Below are positions 8,496-17,554 of a DNA stretch of 64,000 nt, piece by piece. The number at the start of each line of letters is the position of its first letter. Within the stretch, counting starts at the first letter, position 1. The DNA lies in NCBI GenBank assembly GCA_045544955.1, contig JAZPZY010000065.1, forward strand, positions 67 through 64,066, read 5' to 3'. Position numbers and translations under genes: made by a program. A model generated the notes under the pieces. That model was not told the origin of the DNA. It saw only the letters and a program-made list of their open reading frames with translations, and did no database searches. The stretch is from Eubacteriales bacterium. Its GTDB lineage: Bacteria; Bacillota; Clostridia; Oscillospirales; CAG-272.

Positions 8496-10316
8496 TCACC
8501 CCTCAAACTGGGCGTGGAACAGCGAATGATAGAATCCCCGCATCTCCATCAGCTCGTCGTGGCTGCCGGCTTCGATCACTTCCCCGTCCTTCAGAACGAG
8601 GATCGTATCCGCCCCGCGGACTGTGGACAGCCGGTGTGCGATGACGAAGCTGGTACGTCCCTCCATCAGGGACAGCATGGCTTTCTGAATCCGCACCTCC
8701 GTGCGGGAGTCCACGTTGGAGGTGGCCTCGTCCAGAATCAGCATGGGTGCGTCGGACATCATGGCACGGGCGATGGTAAGCAGCTGACGCTGGCCTTTGG
8801 ATATGTTCACGCCGTCGTCGGTGATGACCGTATCGTATCCGTCGGGAAGCCCCCTTATGAAGGAATCGATGCCGGCCGCCCGGGCGGCCTTTTGGATACG
8901 CTCTTCCGTTACCTCACCCGAGGCACCGTAGGCAATATTATCCCGGATGGTGCCGCTGAACAGCCAGGTATCCTGGAGCACCATGGTATAGGCACGCCGC
9001 AAATCCGCCCGTTTCGCCTGGCGGACGGGCGTACCGTCCAGCCGGATCTCACCGGAATCCACGTCGTAGAAACGCATCAGCAGATTGATGATGGTGGTCT
9101 TACCCGCACCGGTGGGGCCCACGATGGCGATCACCTGGCCCGGCTTCGTTTTTACGTTGAGATTTTTGATGATCGGGCGATCCGGCTCGTAGCCAAAACG
9201 CACGTTCTCCGCCTCGATCTCGCCCTTCACGTCCGTGAATCCACAGGCATCTGCCGCATCCGCCAGTTCCTCCTCTTCATCAAGGAGGCGGAACACACGC
9301 TCCGCCGCACTGGCGGCTGACTGCAGCTCGCTTACGATATTGGCGATCTCGTTGATCGGCGCGGAGAACCTGCGCGAATACAGAACAAACGAGGACATGT
9401 TACCGAGAGAAATCGCACTGCCCAGGTATAAAAGCGCGCCGAACACGCTGACCATCGTAAGAGAAAGATTATTGATAAAATTAACCGTCGGCCCGACGAG
9501 CGTGCCGTAATAATCGGCCTTGTAATAGGCGTCCACTGCTTCCGTATTCCGTCTGTCAAACCGTGCGATCATCTCTTTTTCTCTGCCGTACGCACGGATC
9601 GTCCGCTGACCGGAAAGCATCTCCTCCGCGTATCCGTTCAACTCACCAAGTTTCGCAGAACGTGCGCGGAACAAGGGCCGCACGTGCTTCGTATTGTATA
9701 TCGTGAATAAAATCGAAGCCGGCACGGTAATCGCAAAAACGAGACACAGTTTCGGAGAAATGGAAAGCATCATACCAAGCGCGCCGAACACCGTAATCAC
9801 CGTCGTACAAATTTGCACGAAATCTGTGGAGAGCGTTGCGTTGATCGTATCAATATCGTAAGAGATGCGGCTGATAATATCGCCCACCTGGGTTTTATCG
9901 AAATAGCCTACCTTCATCCGCATCAGCTTTGCGAAGATGTCCTCGCGCATCTGCCGCACGATGGAACGGGACAGATTGATCATGATCACCTGGAGCAGAT
10001 AGCCGAGCAGCGAAGAAAGGACGTAAAAGACCGCCATCAGCCCCGCATAGTAGAACACCGTTTCAAAATCCACGTATCCTTTACCAAGCTCAATCGCATC
10101 AATGGCAAGACCTGACAGTTTCGGGCCGCTCAATGCAAACAGATTCGACGCGGCCGCAATAAGCAAGGCGAGAAAGAAAAGCCATTTGTATTTGAAAATA
10201 TATACGCCGAGACGAAGGAGGACCTTCAGTTTTTTAGCACCGCCCGTGGGGACATTTCTCGGATCGGTGGCAACGGGTCCCTTTGGCATACCAAAGCCTT
10301 TATTCAAGAACGGCAC
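8496..10316 (-). CDS. ABC exporter, fused permease/ATPase, subunit with the consensus ATPase site
   Basis: 606 aa: six-TM exporter domain plus NBD. Walker A GPTGAGKTT, Walker B LILDEATSNVD, H-loop FVIAHRLS. The ABC signature is non-canonical (ISKGQRQ). Confidence 0.9.
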   Translation of the reverse strand: MPFLNKGFGMPKGPVATDPRNVPTGGAKKLKVLLRLGVYIFKYKWLFFLALLIAAASNLFALSGPKLSGLAIDAIELGKGYVDFETVFYYAGLMAVFYVLSSLLGYLLQVIMINLSRSIVRQMREDIFAKLMRMKVGYFDKTQVGDIISRISYDIDTINATLSTDFVQICTTVITVFGALGMMLSISPKLCLVFAITVPASILFTIYNTKHVRPLFRARSAKLGELNGYAEEMLSGQRTIRAYGREKEMIARFDRRNTEAVDAYYKADYYGTLVGPTVNFINNLSLTMVSVFGALLYLGSAISLGNMSSFVLYSRRFSAPINEIANIVSELQSAASAAERVFRLLDEEEELADAADACGFTDVKGEIEAENVRFGYEPDRPIIKNLNVKTKPGQVIAIVGPTGAGKTTIINLLMRFYDVDSGEIRLDGTPVRQAKRADLRRAYTMVLQDTWLFSGTIRDNIAYGASGEVTEERIQKAARAAGIDSFIRGLPDGYDTVITDDGVNISKGQRQLLTIARAMMSDAPMLILDEATSNVDSRTEVRIQKAMLSLMEGRTSFVIAHRLSTVRGADTILVLKDGEVIEAGSHDELMEMRGFYHSLFHAQFEG

Positions 10317-12048
10317 CTCCCATCTGCGACTCGGAAATCTCGCGGTAAAGTTCGCACGAATTGAGCAGTTCTTCGTGCGTGCCCATACCGGTAATGACGC
10401 CCTCTTCGAGAACGAGTATCAGATCCGCATGCTTTACGGAGCTTACGCGCTGCGCGACGATCACGCTCGTCGTCTTGCCCGCGTAATTCTCACGGATCGC
10501 ACGACGGAGAGCGGCGTCCGTTGCGTAGTCAAGCGCACTTGAGCTGTCGTCGAGCACCAGAATCTCGGGATTGCCCGCCAGCGCACGGGTGATAAGAAGA
10601 CGCTGTTTCTGCCCGCCCGAAAGGTTTGCACCTTTGATCGTGAGGGGATGCTCCATACCGCCTTCCTTCTCCCCGATAAAGGGAGCCGCCTGTGCCTGTT
10701 CGGCGGCACGGGAGATGGCGTCCTCCGGGAGTCCCCGTCCGAAATCGATATTCTCCCGGATCGTATCTGCAAAGAGAAAATCGCTTTGGAACGCTGCGCC
10801 AAACTTCCCGGCGAGTTGTTCGTGCGGGATCGTGCGCACGTCCCGTCCGTCGATGCGAACGGTGCCGGAATCGGGATCGTAGAAGCGCATGAGCAGTTGA
10901 ATGAGCGTACTTTTGCCGGCACCCGTCGGGCCGATAATACCAAGCGTTTCCCCTTTTCCGAGGCGGAAGGATACGTGGCTTACATCTTCCTTCTTACCGT
11001 TGTAGGAGAAGGTTACGTCGTCAAATTCGATCGCAGGTACATCTTTTGCCCGATGGTGGTCCGTCTCGTCCACGGGCACGACCTCCATATCGACGGGAGC
11101 CGCAAGTACCTCGGCAATGCGTGCCGCCGACGCCGCGGCACGGGAAACCATGATTACCATACGCGTTATCATCATCATCGCCATAGTAATCATCGTAAAA
11201 TAATTCATAAACGCCAAAACCACGCCGGGCTGCGTCGCACCGCTGTTGACGCGGTACGCACCTACGATAACGACCGCCACAAGCCCAAAATTCACAAACA
11301 CGTTCACGACGGGATTGATCGACGCCATCGTAAGGGATGCCGTTTTCTCCCGCTTCGTAAGATTGTCATTGGCTTGCTCGTATCTTGCCTTTTCGTATTC
11401 TTCCTTGGTCAAGGCCTTGATGACACGGATCCCCTGGGCATTCTCGCGCACGACGCGGGTCATCCGATCGATCGCCTCCTGCACAAAGCGGTACATGGGA
11501 ATGCCCTTTCGGGAAACGAAACATACCACGACACTGATAAATGGCAAGGTAGAAAGAAGTACGAGCGTAAGCACCGGCTCCAGCGTAACCGTAACAAAAA
11601 TGCCGCCGATAAGCAGGATCGGCGCACGGACACCCATACGCTGCATCATACCGATCGTCTGATGAAGATTGTACGTATCCGAGGTAAGTCGGGATTCGAG
11701 CGACGGAACCGTAAACGAATCGACCTGCCGGCTTGAGAGATACGAAATACGCGTAAACAAAGCGGAACGGAGTGATTCCATCGTATCGCGGGCGACTCTC
11801 GCTGCTACGCGGTTGGCAAGAATATTCCCGACCAGTGCAGTCAAGGCACAAAGGAACATAACGCCGCCGTACTTATAAATCATCCCTCGATCCCCCATAG
11901 GAACGACATCGTCGATCATAAAGGAAAGGATCATCGGAAGAGCCAATTCCACGATCGTACCAAGGAATTTAATCGTAAGCCCTAATGCCATTCTCGGTGC
12001 ATTCGGACGGAGAAAGTTCAAAACGTATCGAATGGGAATCACCGCCAA
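10300..12048 (-). CDS. ABC exporter, fused permease/ATPase, subunit with the degenerate ATPase site
   Basis: 582 aa. Walker A GPTGAGKST and canonical signature LSGGQKQR. Walker B is LVLDDSSSALD (Glu to Asp) and the H-loop is VIVAQRVS (His to Gln). It overlaps the downstream subunit by 17 nt. The start codon is TTG/GTG (12048 or 12042). Confidence 0.9.
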   Translation of the reverse strand: MAVIPIRYVLNFLRPNAPRMALGLTIKFLGTIVELALPMILSFMIDDVVPMGDRGMIYKYGGVMFLCALTALVGNILANRVAARVARDTMESLRSALFTRISYLSSRQVDSFTVPSLESRLTSDTYNLHQTIGMMQRMGVRAPILLIGGIFVTVTLEPVLTLVLLSTLPFISVVVCFVSRKGIPMYRFVQEAIDRMTRVVRENAQGIRVIKALTKEEYEKARYEQANDNLTKREKTASLTMASINPVVNVFVNFGLVAVVIVGAYRVNSGATQPGVVLAFMNYFTMITMAMMMITRMVIMVSRAAASAARIAEVLAAPVDMEVVPVDETDHHRAKDVPAIEFDDVTFSYNGKKEDVSHVSFRLGKGETLGIIGPTGAGKSTLIQLLMRFYDPDSGTVRIDGRDVRTIPHEQLAGKFGAAFQSDFLFADTIRENIDFGRGLPEDAISRAAEQAQAAPFIGEKEGGMEHPLTIKGANLSGGQKQRLLITRALAGNPEILVLDDSSSALDYATDAALRRAIRENYAGKTTSVIVAQRVSSVKHADLILVLEEGVITGMGTHEELLNSCELYREISESQMGGAVLE

Positions 12049-12073
12049 TTCATAAAATATTTTCCGTAAATTT

Positions 12074-12102
12074 ATTATATATCATTTTCCCCTATAAGTC
12101 AA
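12074..12102 (-). promoter_or_regulatory. Sigma-A type promoter of the ABC exporter operon
   Basis: Minus strand reads TTGACT-N17-TATAAT. A perfect 10-bp palindrome acctataggt (12109-12118) sits just upstream. Confidence 0.6.
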
Positions 12103-12121
12103 TACAAAACCTATAGGTCTG

Positions 12122-12149
12122 CAAAAAGGAGATACCATGCGGTATCTCC
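12122..12149 (-). terminator. Intrinsic terminator of the AraC-family gene
   Basis: ggagatacc-atgc-ggtatctcc hairpin with a minus-strand U-run (+ strand aaaaa 12123-12127), 11 nt after the stop. Confidence 0.7.
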
Positions 12150-12159
12150 CTTGTTTTTC

Positions 12160-13077
12160 TTACAGTTTTTCCGGTTTCTGCGACTCCACCGACACACGCC
12201 GTTTGGATACGTATTTGCTGTATGCGGTAGGCGTCATACCGGTCTGCTGCTTGAACACCTTCGTAAAATAGTTGAGCGACGAAAAGCCCAGCGATTCGGA
12301 GATCTCCGTAAACCGGCGGGAGGACATGGAAATTGCCCGTTTTGCCTCCGTGATCTTCAAATCCAGAAAATACGCTGCAATGCTCTTCCCCGTTTCTGCC
12401 CGGAATTTCCTCGTTACCGCCGACGGACTGAGCCAGAAATGCCGGCACACGTCCTCCACAGTCAGCTTATCCCTGAGATGCTCGTTCAGATACCGTTTGA
12501 TCTCGGCCACCAGCTTGGAATCCAGCATAAACTGATTCAGCTTCTGGGATTCGTCCAGCAACCAGTCAATGCCCGTAAGGCGGCAGTAAAGCATGGTAAG
12601 AAACCGCTCCGTGGAAGCGTAAATGAAACTGAGCACCACATCCGGCACGTCGGCCTTTACCCGCATACCCTGCAGCGGTGCACCGCCCTCGATCGGCTCG
12701 CATATCCGTGCTCCCGTTTTCATCACGTCCAGAAGTGCGGCACTTTCTTCCTCATACAGGGTAATGGGTGCCCCCTCAAAGACCTTCATAGCCTCCGAAT
12801 CGCAGATGAAACTGATCAAAGCAAAGGAAACGGACTCCGACGACCACTCGTAAATGGATCTCTTACCGGCAGGACGGTAGATCATCATGCCAGGACGGAT
12901 CGGGTAGGTAGCCTCCTCCGTCGTGATGACGCCGGAACCGGAAAGAATGAAAAAAAACTGAGAAAAATCATACTGCTCCCACTGGGGCATGAAATCCGGC
13001 TTGGTGGAAAAATAATACGCCGACACAAAGGCCGATACGTCAAACACCTTGCGATTTTTGATTCGGTTGAATTCCAT
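12160..13077 (-). CDS. AraC family transcriptional regulator
   Basis: The ATG at 13077 is preceded by AAGGAG-N7. An N-terminal cupin-like sensor is followed by a C-terminal double HTH (LTVEDVCRHFWLSPSAVTRKFRAETGKSIAAYFLDLKITEAKRAI...LGFSSLNYFTKVFKQQTGMTPTAY). Confidence 0.85.
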   Translation of the reverse strand: MEFNRIKNRKVFDVSAFVSAYYFSTKPDFMPQWEQYDFSQFFFILSGSGVITTEEATYPIRPGMMIYRPAGKRSIYEWSSESVSFALISFICDSEAMKVFEGAPITLYEEESAALLDVMKTGARICEPIEGGAPLQGMRVKADVPDVVLSFIYASTERFLTMLYCRLTGIDWLLDESQKLNQFMLDSKLVAEIKRYLNEHLRDKLTVEDVCRHFWLSPSAVTRKFRAETGKSIAAYFLDLKITEAKRAISMSSRRFTEISESLGFSSLNYFTKVFKQQTGMTPTAYSKYVSKRRVSVESQKPEKL

Positions 13078-13275
13078 TTTTCCACTCCTTTCTCCGCACA
13101 TCCGTAAACTAATTATACCCGTTTCTCAAAATGCCGTCAACAGACTTTTTGCGATATGTACCGGATTTTACTAAAAAAGTGTGGATTTTATGTAGCAGGC
13201 GGCGTTTTTCTGCGGTATGATAGTAACAACAGAACCCCCTGCACACCCATTTTACATACAAAAGGAGATACACAT

Positions 13276-14292
13276 ATGGAAAAGAAACTTACTGTCGGCA
13301 TCGTTGGTCTCAGCTTCGGCAGCTACCACCTGGAAGGCATTCTGAATGGCGGCATTGCGGAGATCGGTGCGGTCTGCGATAAGAATCCCGAAACGCTGAA
13401 GGCACAGGGCGACCGCTTCGGTATCCCGGAAGAAAAGCGCTTCACGGATTACCGCGCCATTCTCAACAACCCGGAGATCAATGTGGTGGTCATCGCTCTG
13501 CCTGACCAGCTGCACCGCTCCATGTCGGAAGAATTTCTCGCCGCCGGCAAGCACGTGCTGTGCGAGAAGCCCCTGGCCATCCTCCGGGAGGATCTGTCCG
13601 CCATCGTTGCCGCCCAGCGGAAAGCGAATACGAAATTCATGGTAGGTCAGATCTGCCATTTCACCGAATCCTTCATTAAGGCAAAGGAAATCGTGGATGC
13701 AGGCACCATTGGTGAGCTCTACTACGTAGAATCCGAGTACGCCCACGACTACGCCAAGATTCTGAACGGCTGGCGGGACGATCCCAACCGCCACGGTCTC
13801 ATCGGCGGCGGATGCCACGCGGTAGATCTGCTTCGCTGGCTGGCCGGTGATCCGGAAGAGGTATTCGCCTACGGTTCCCATAAGCTGTTGCCCCAGGTTA
13901 CTTACGACGACGCCACTATCGCCGTTCTGAAATTCCCGAACGGTGTCATCGGCAAGGTATTCGTTTCCACGGGATGCAAGCGTCCCTACACCATGCGAAC
14001 GGTGATCTACGGAACGAAAGGCACCATCATCTGCGACAACACCTCGCCGCAGTTTGAACTGTATACTCTGTACGAAAACGACATTTCCGTAAATCCCACG
14101 CCCACCCTGATCCCGGTAGGCGGCTCCAACCACAACACCGAGGGCGAATTTGCTCTGTTTGCCGACTGCATCCTGAACGACAAGCCGGTGGAAATGGACG
14201 CTTTGTACGGTGCCCAGTCCATCGAGATCTGCATGGCCATCGTGGAATCCGCCAAGACCGGAAAGCCCGTCAAGCCCAACTACGAATTCTGA
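13276..14292 (+). CDS. Gfo/Idh/MocA family oxidoreductase
   Basis: The ATG at 13276 follows aaaggag. N-terminal Rossmann fold VGIVGLSFGSYH, and the EKP motif (VLCEKPLA) typical of the family. It is divergent from the AraC gene. Confidence 0.85.
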   Translation: MEKKLTVGIVGLSFGSYHLEGILNGGIAEIGAVCDKNPETLKAQGDRFGIPEEKRFTDYRAILNNPEINVVVIALPDQLHRSMSEEFLAAGKHVLCEKPLAILREDLSAIVAAQRKANTKFMVGQICHFTESFIKAKEIVDAGTIGELYYVESEYAHDYAKILNGWRDDPNRHGLIGGGCHAVDLLRWLAGDPEEVFAYGSHKLLPQVTYDDATIAVLKFPNGVIGKVFVSTGCKRPYTMRTVIYGTKGTIICDNTSPQFELYTLYENDISVNPTPTLIPVGGSNHNTEGEFALFADCILNDKPVEMDALYGAQSIEICMAIVESAKTGKPVKPNYEF

Positions 14293-14311
14293 TAAAGATA
14301 TACGCACGAAA

Positions 14312-14341
14312 AAGGCTTCTGCAAAAGCAGAAGCCTTTTTT
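14312..14341. terminator. Bidirectional terminator between convergent genes
   Basis: aaggcttctgc-aaaa-gcagaagcctt flanked by A-run and T-run. Confidence 0.75.
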
Positions 14342-14343
14342 GC

Positions 14344-15177
14344 TTATTTTTTCAAAAGGTCCGCCACGTTCTCGCAGATGAATGCGTCAAAATACCGTTT
14401 GCAGGCGGCGTATTCTTCCTTCGTCCGCACCGTCCAGGCAAAGGAGGCCGCACCGAAAAGACGGCACACGCGGACGGGCAGATACCCGCCGTACACGTGG
14501 CGGACAGCCACGAAATCCGGCCGGCACAGGAAATTCAGAAACATCCGCTGCAGCAGAAAGCCGGTAATCCCTCGCTTCTCCCCATCCTTTTTATATTTGG
14601 TGGTGAGGATTCCCCGCATAACGTGAGGGGCCAGTTTCCGATACCGTGCCACGAGAAACGGATTGAAGGACTCCACGCAGTACGGGCCGCCGTAATTCTC
14701 CAGAATGGGCATGGCGGCATCCGAAAGGGACGTATCCGTGCTCTCGCCCTTCAGCTCCACGATCAGCGGCACTTTGGCGTCCACGGCGGCAAGCACTTCC
14801 TTCAAGGTGGGGATCTTCTCCTCCGTGTCAAGTAGCCGCATTCCGGCGATTTCGGCAGCGGTCATTTCCTCCGGTCTCCGGGGATCGCCGCACATACGGG
14901 TAAGCGTGTTATCGTGAAACACGATCACTTCCCCGTCCTTCGTGAGATGCAGATCCAGTTCGATTCCCACGCCTCGTTTCACGGCGGAACGGAAAGCGGC
15001 AAGGGAGTTTTCCGGCACACGGTAGTTATCAAAATCGCCCCGGTGTGCGTAGATCTGCCCAAGAAAGGCGGAAAACCGTTTTTTTGCCCCGCCCCGGGGA
15101 GCGATCAGAAACAGCCAAAGCACAATCAGTACGGCGAGGACACTCACCGAAATTATGATATACTTCATCATATTCAA
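14344..15177 (-). CDS. Membrane-anchored glycerophosphodiester phosphodiesterase family protein
   Basis: N-terminal TM helix, then GDPD motifs: HRGD...PENSLAAF, IELDLHLTKDGEVIVFHD. Confidence 0.85.
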   Translation of the reverse strand: MNMMKYIIISVSVLAVLIVLWLFLIAPRGGAKKRFSAFLGQIYAHRGDFDNYRVPENSLAAFRSAVKRGVGIELDLHLTKDGEVIVFHDNTLTRMCGDPRRPEEMTAAEIAGMRLLDTEEKIPTLKEVLAAVDAKVPLIVELKGESTDTSLSDAAMPILENYGGPYCVESFNPFLVARYRKLAPHVMRGILTTKYKKDGEKRGITGFLLQRMFLNFLCRPDFVAVRHVYGGYLPVRVCRLFGAASFAWTVRTKEEYAACKRYFDAFICENVADLLKK

Positions 15178-16475
15178 TCGTCTGTATCAAAGCTTTCCAG
15201 TACGGACTTTTTCGCCGTAGGACGGCTGTCGCCGTGACGCACCTGCCACATGGTAAACAGGGCGGCACCGGAGAACAAAACGGCGTAGGGGAACAGTACG
15301 CGGTAGCCCATCAGCTGGATCAGAATACCGGAAAGCACCGGCGTCACGATCTGAGCCGCCATGGAGAAGGTGTAATAGATACCGGTGTAGCGGCCCACAT
15401 CCGCCCCGGAGCTCATTTCCACCACCATAGGATAGGAGTTTACGTTGATGGCCGCCCAGCCGATACCGATCACGCCCATCACAGCGTAGATCACCGGGCT
15501 GTATTCGGTCAGAATAAAGCCGCAGAAATACGCCGCCGTCATAATGGCAACGCCGAACAGGATCACTTTTTTCCGTCCGAAGCGGGACGAGACGGCACCG
15601 ATGGGAATATAGCTGACCGTGGCAACCAGCGTGGCCACCAACATCATGGATGCACCGGTTCCTTCGTCAATTCCCCATACCTCCAACACGTACCGGGAGT
15701 ACACGCTGGACACGGCGTTATAGGCAATATACCAAAGGGCTACGGAGCAGAGGATGAAAATAAGGCTGCGGCGTACGTCCTTCGGCAGTGCACGGGAAGC
15801 CGTTTCGGGAACGTCCGCCGTTTTTTCCGTATCGGTCTTTTCGTCCCGGGCAATTTCCTCTGCGATTTTTTTCTCACGGACGGTAAGCACCAGAATCACG
15901 GCAGCCGCCACCATAAAGCCGGCGATGATGCCGAACACCGTATGATAGCTTGCCGCCTTCTCGCCGGTGGCAACGTCCACCGACGGCAGCAGGAACATGA
16001 TAATCAGATACGTAAAGATGCCGCCCAGCGCGCCCATCAGATTGATAACGGCGTTGCCCGCACTGCGAAGGGGCTTGGGCGTCAGATCCGGCATCAGTGC
16101 AACAGCCGGAGAACGGTAGGTAGCCATGGCGATCAGCAAAAGGGCCAGCGACACGGCAAACAGCAGAAAATTCTTCGACCAGTCCGCCGCAGGCACCACG
16201 AACATCAAAGCGGCGGCGGCCAGCGTACCGGCAAGGATAAAGGGCGTCCGCTTGCCAAGCCGGGTATTCGTCCTGTCGGACAACGTGCCGAACAGGGGCA
16301 GAAGGAAGATGGCCAGCACGTTGTCTGCCGCCATCACCAAACCGGTCACGGACTCCGCCAGACCGAAGGTATACTGGAGCATATAGGGTACCACGTAATC
16401 GTACAGCTGCCAAAAGGCACAGATGGACATGAATGCCAGTCCGATGAAAAATGTGCGTTTATAATTCAGTTTCAT
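15174..16475 (-). CDS. MFS transporter, GPH (glycoside-pentoside-hexuronide)-like
   Basis: 433 aa with about 12 TM segments. It carries the GPH-type loop motif LSDRTNTRLGKRTPF and overlaps the GDPD gene by 4 nt. Confidence 0.8.
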   Translation of the reverse strand: MKLNYKRTFFIGLAFMSICAFWQLYDYVVPYMLQYTFGLAESVTGLVMAADNVLAIFLLPLFGTLSDRTNTRLGKRTPFILAGTLAAAALMFVVPAADWSKNFLLFAVSLALLLIAMATYRSPAVALMPDLTPKPLRSAGNAVINLMGALGGIFTYLIIMFLLPSVDVATGEKAASYHTVFGIIAGFMVAAAVILVLTVREKKIAEEIARDEKTDTEKTADVPETASRALPKDVRRSLIFILCSVALWYIAYNAVSSVYSRYVLEVWGIDEGTGASMMLVATLVATVSYIPIGAVSSRFGRKKVILFGVAIMTAAYFCGFILTEYSPVIYAVMGVIGIGWAAINVNSYPMVVEMSSGADVGRYTGIYYTFSMAAQIVTPVLSGILIQLMGYRVLFPYAVLFSGAALFTMWQVRHGDSRPTAKKSVLESFDTDD

Positions 16476-16501
16476 GATTTACACTCCGAAACAAATTTTG
16501 T

Positions 16502-17053
16502 TCAAAGGCCGAACGCCTGAATGATACGCTCCGCCGCTTCTTCCGGGGACACGTCGGCATTTTCAATACGGATAAAATGTTCAAAGGGAACTTCTCCGTC
16601 ACGGCTGATCATACGGTGCTGTATATCGTCCCGAATCAATCTTGCCTCCGAGGAGGCGATATCCCGTTTGGACGGTTTATGCGCCAGACGGTTTTCCGTC
16701 CGGTTACGGGCAAGGCGCACCTCCTGCGGTGCATCCAGCTCCGCACAGTAAATCTCCGCACCGTGTGCACGAAAGATATCCGCTACACGGACAATGTATG
16801 CCGTATCCTCCGGGGCGTCAAACGCCCACATAAACGTGAATATCATTCCCTCCGCGTCCGAGGCGGCGAACTCCTCAAAGATCGCTTCCCGAATTCGGCG
16901 GTCAGCGGCGGCATTCCGTTTTCCGAACACGCTGAGTACCAATTCAATACTCATATGATTGTGAAACAGCCTGAGTCCTGTACGACGTGCAATTTCCTGC
17001 CCGACCGTCATTTTTCCAACGGCTGTATCACCGGCGATTATCAGCAGTTTCAC
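16502..17053 (-). CDS. P-loop NTPase / small-molecule kinase-like protein
   Basis: Walker A-like AGDTAVGKMT. About 183 aa from the GTG at 17053, which overlaps the upstream stop as GTGA. Specific function is unknown. Confidence 0.6.
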   Translation of the reverse strand: MKLLIIAGDTAVGKMTVGQEIARRTGLRLFHNHMSIELVLSVFGKRNAAADRRIREAIFEEFAASDAEGMIFTFMWAFDAPEDTAYIVRVADIFRAHGAEIYCAELDAPQEVRLARNRTENRLAHKPSKRDIASSEARLIRDDIQHRMISRDGEVPFEHFIRIENADVSPEEAAERIIQAFGL

Positions 17054-17535
17054 GCCTGCTCCTCCGGCCGCCAGCCCTTCGTCACGTCCACCCAACCGGC
17101 AGAACGGGACGCGGCTTCCAGCTCCTTCGGCGTCATGCGGACCGCACTGGAGGAACTGCCTGCGGCGGGATACACCGTATCAAAACGGAGCAGGGACTCG
17201 TCCAGATACACCGTAACACCGTCCGGGAGTGCAAAGGGGCAAACGCCGCCCACGGCGTGGCCGGTATACTGAATTGCCTCCTCCGGCGTGAGCATTTTTG
17301 CCTTTTGGGAAAACCGCATTTTGTACCGGGGATTATCGATCCGGGCGTCGCCCGCCATCACGATCAGCACCGGCGTCTCCCCCTGCATAAAGGAAAGCGT
17401 CTTGGCGATACGTGCTTCCTCGCAGCCCAAGGCTTCAGCCGCCAGTGCCACGGTCGCACTGGACACGGAAAACTCCTGCACCCGATCCGCAAGGCCGAAG
17501 GCGGCAAGATACTCTTTTACTGCTTCAACAGACAT
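17050..17535 (-). CDS. YbaK/EbsC-type aminoacyl-tRNA editing domain protein
   Basis: 161 aa. The pattern ...IAKTLSF...PVLIVMAGDARID...GHAVGGVCPF... is typical of the YbaK/ProX deacylase fold. Confidence 0.75.
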   Translation of the reverse strand: MSVEAVKEYLAAFGLADRVQEFSVSSATVALAAEALGCEEARIAKTLSFMQGETPVLIVMAGDARIDNPRYKMRFSQKAKMLTPEEAIQYTGHAVGGVCPFALPDGVTVYLDESLLRFDTVYPAAGSSSSAVRMTPKELEAASRSAGWVDVTKGWRPEEQA

Positions 17536-17554
17536 AGTATTTCCTCATTCTCCT

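Noticed and set aside
12109-12118. Perfect 10-bp palindrome acctataggt as an operator
   Set aside because: It is a single short palindrome with no known cognate regulator. It is mentioned under the ABC exporter finding but is not annotatable as a feature on its own.
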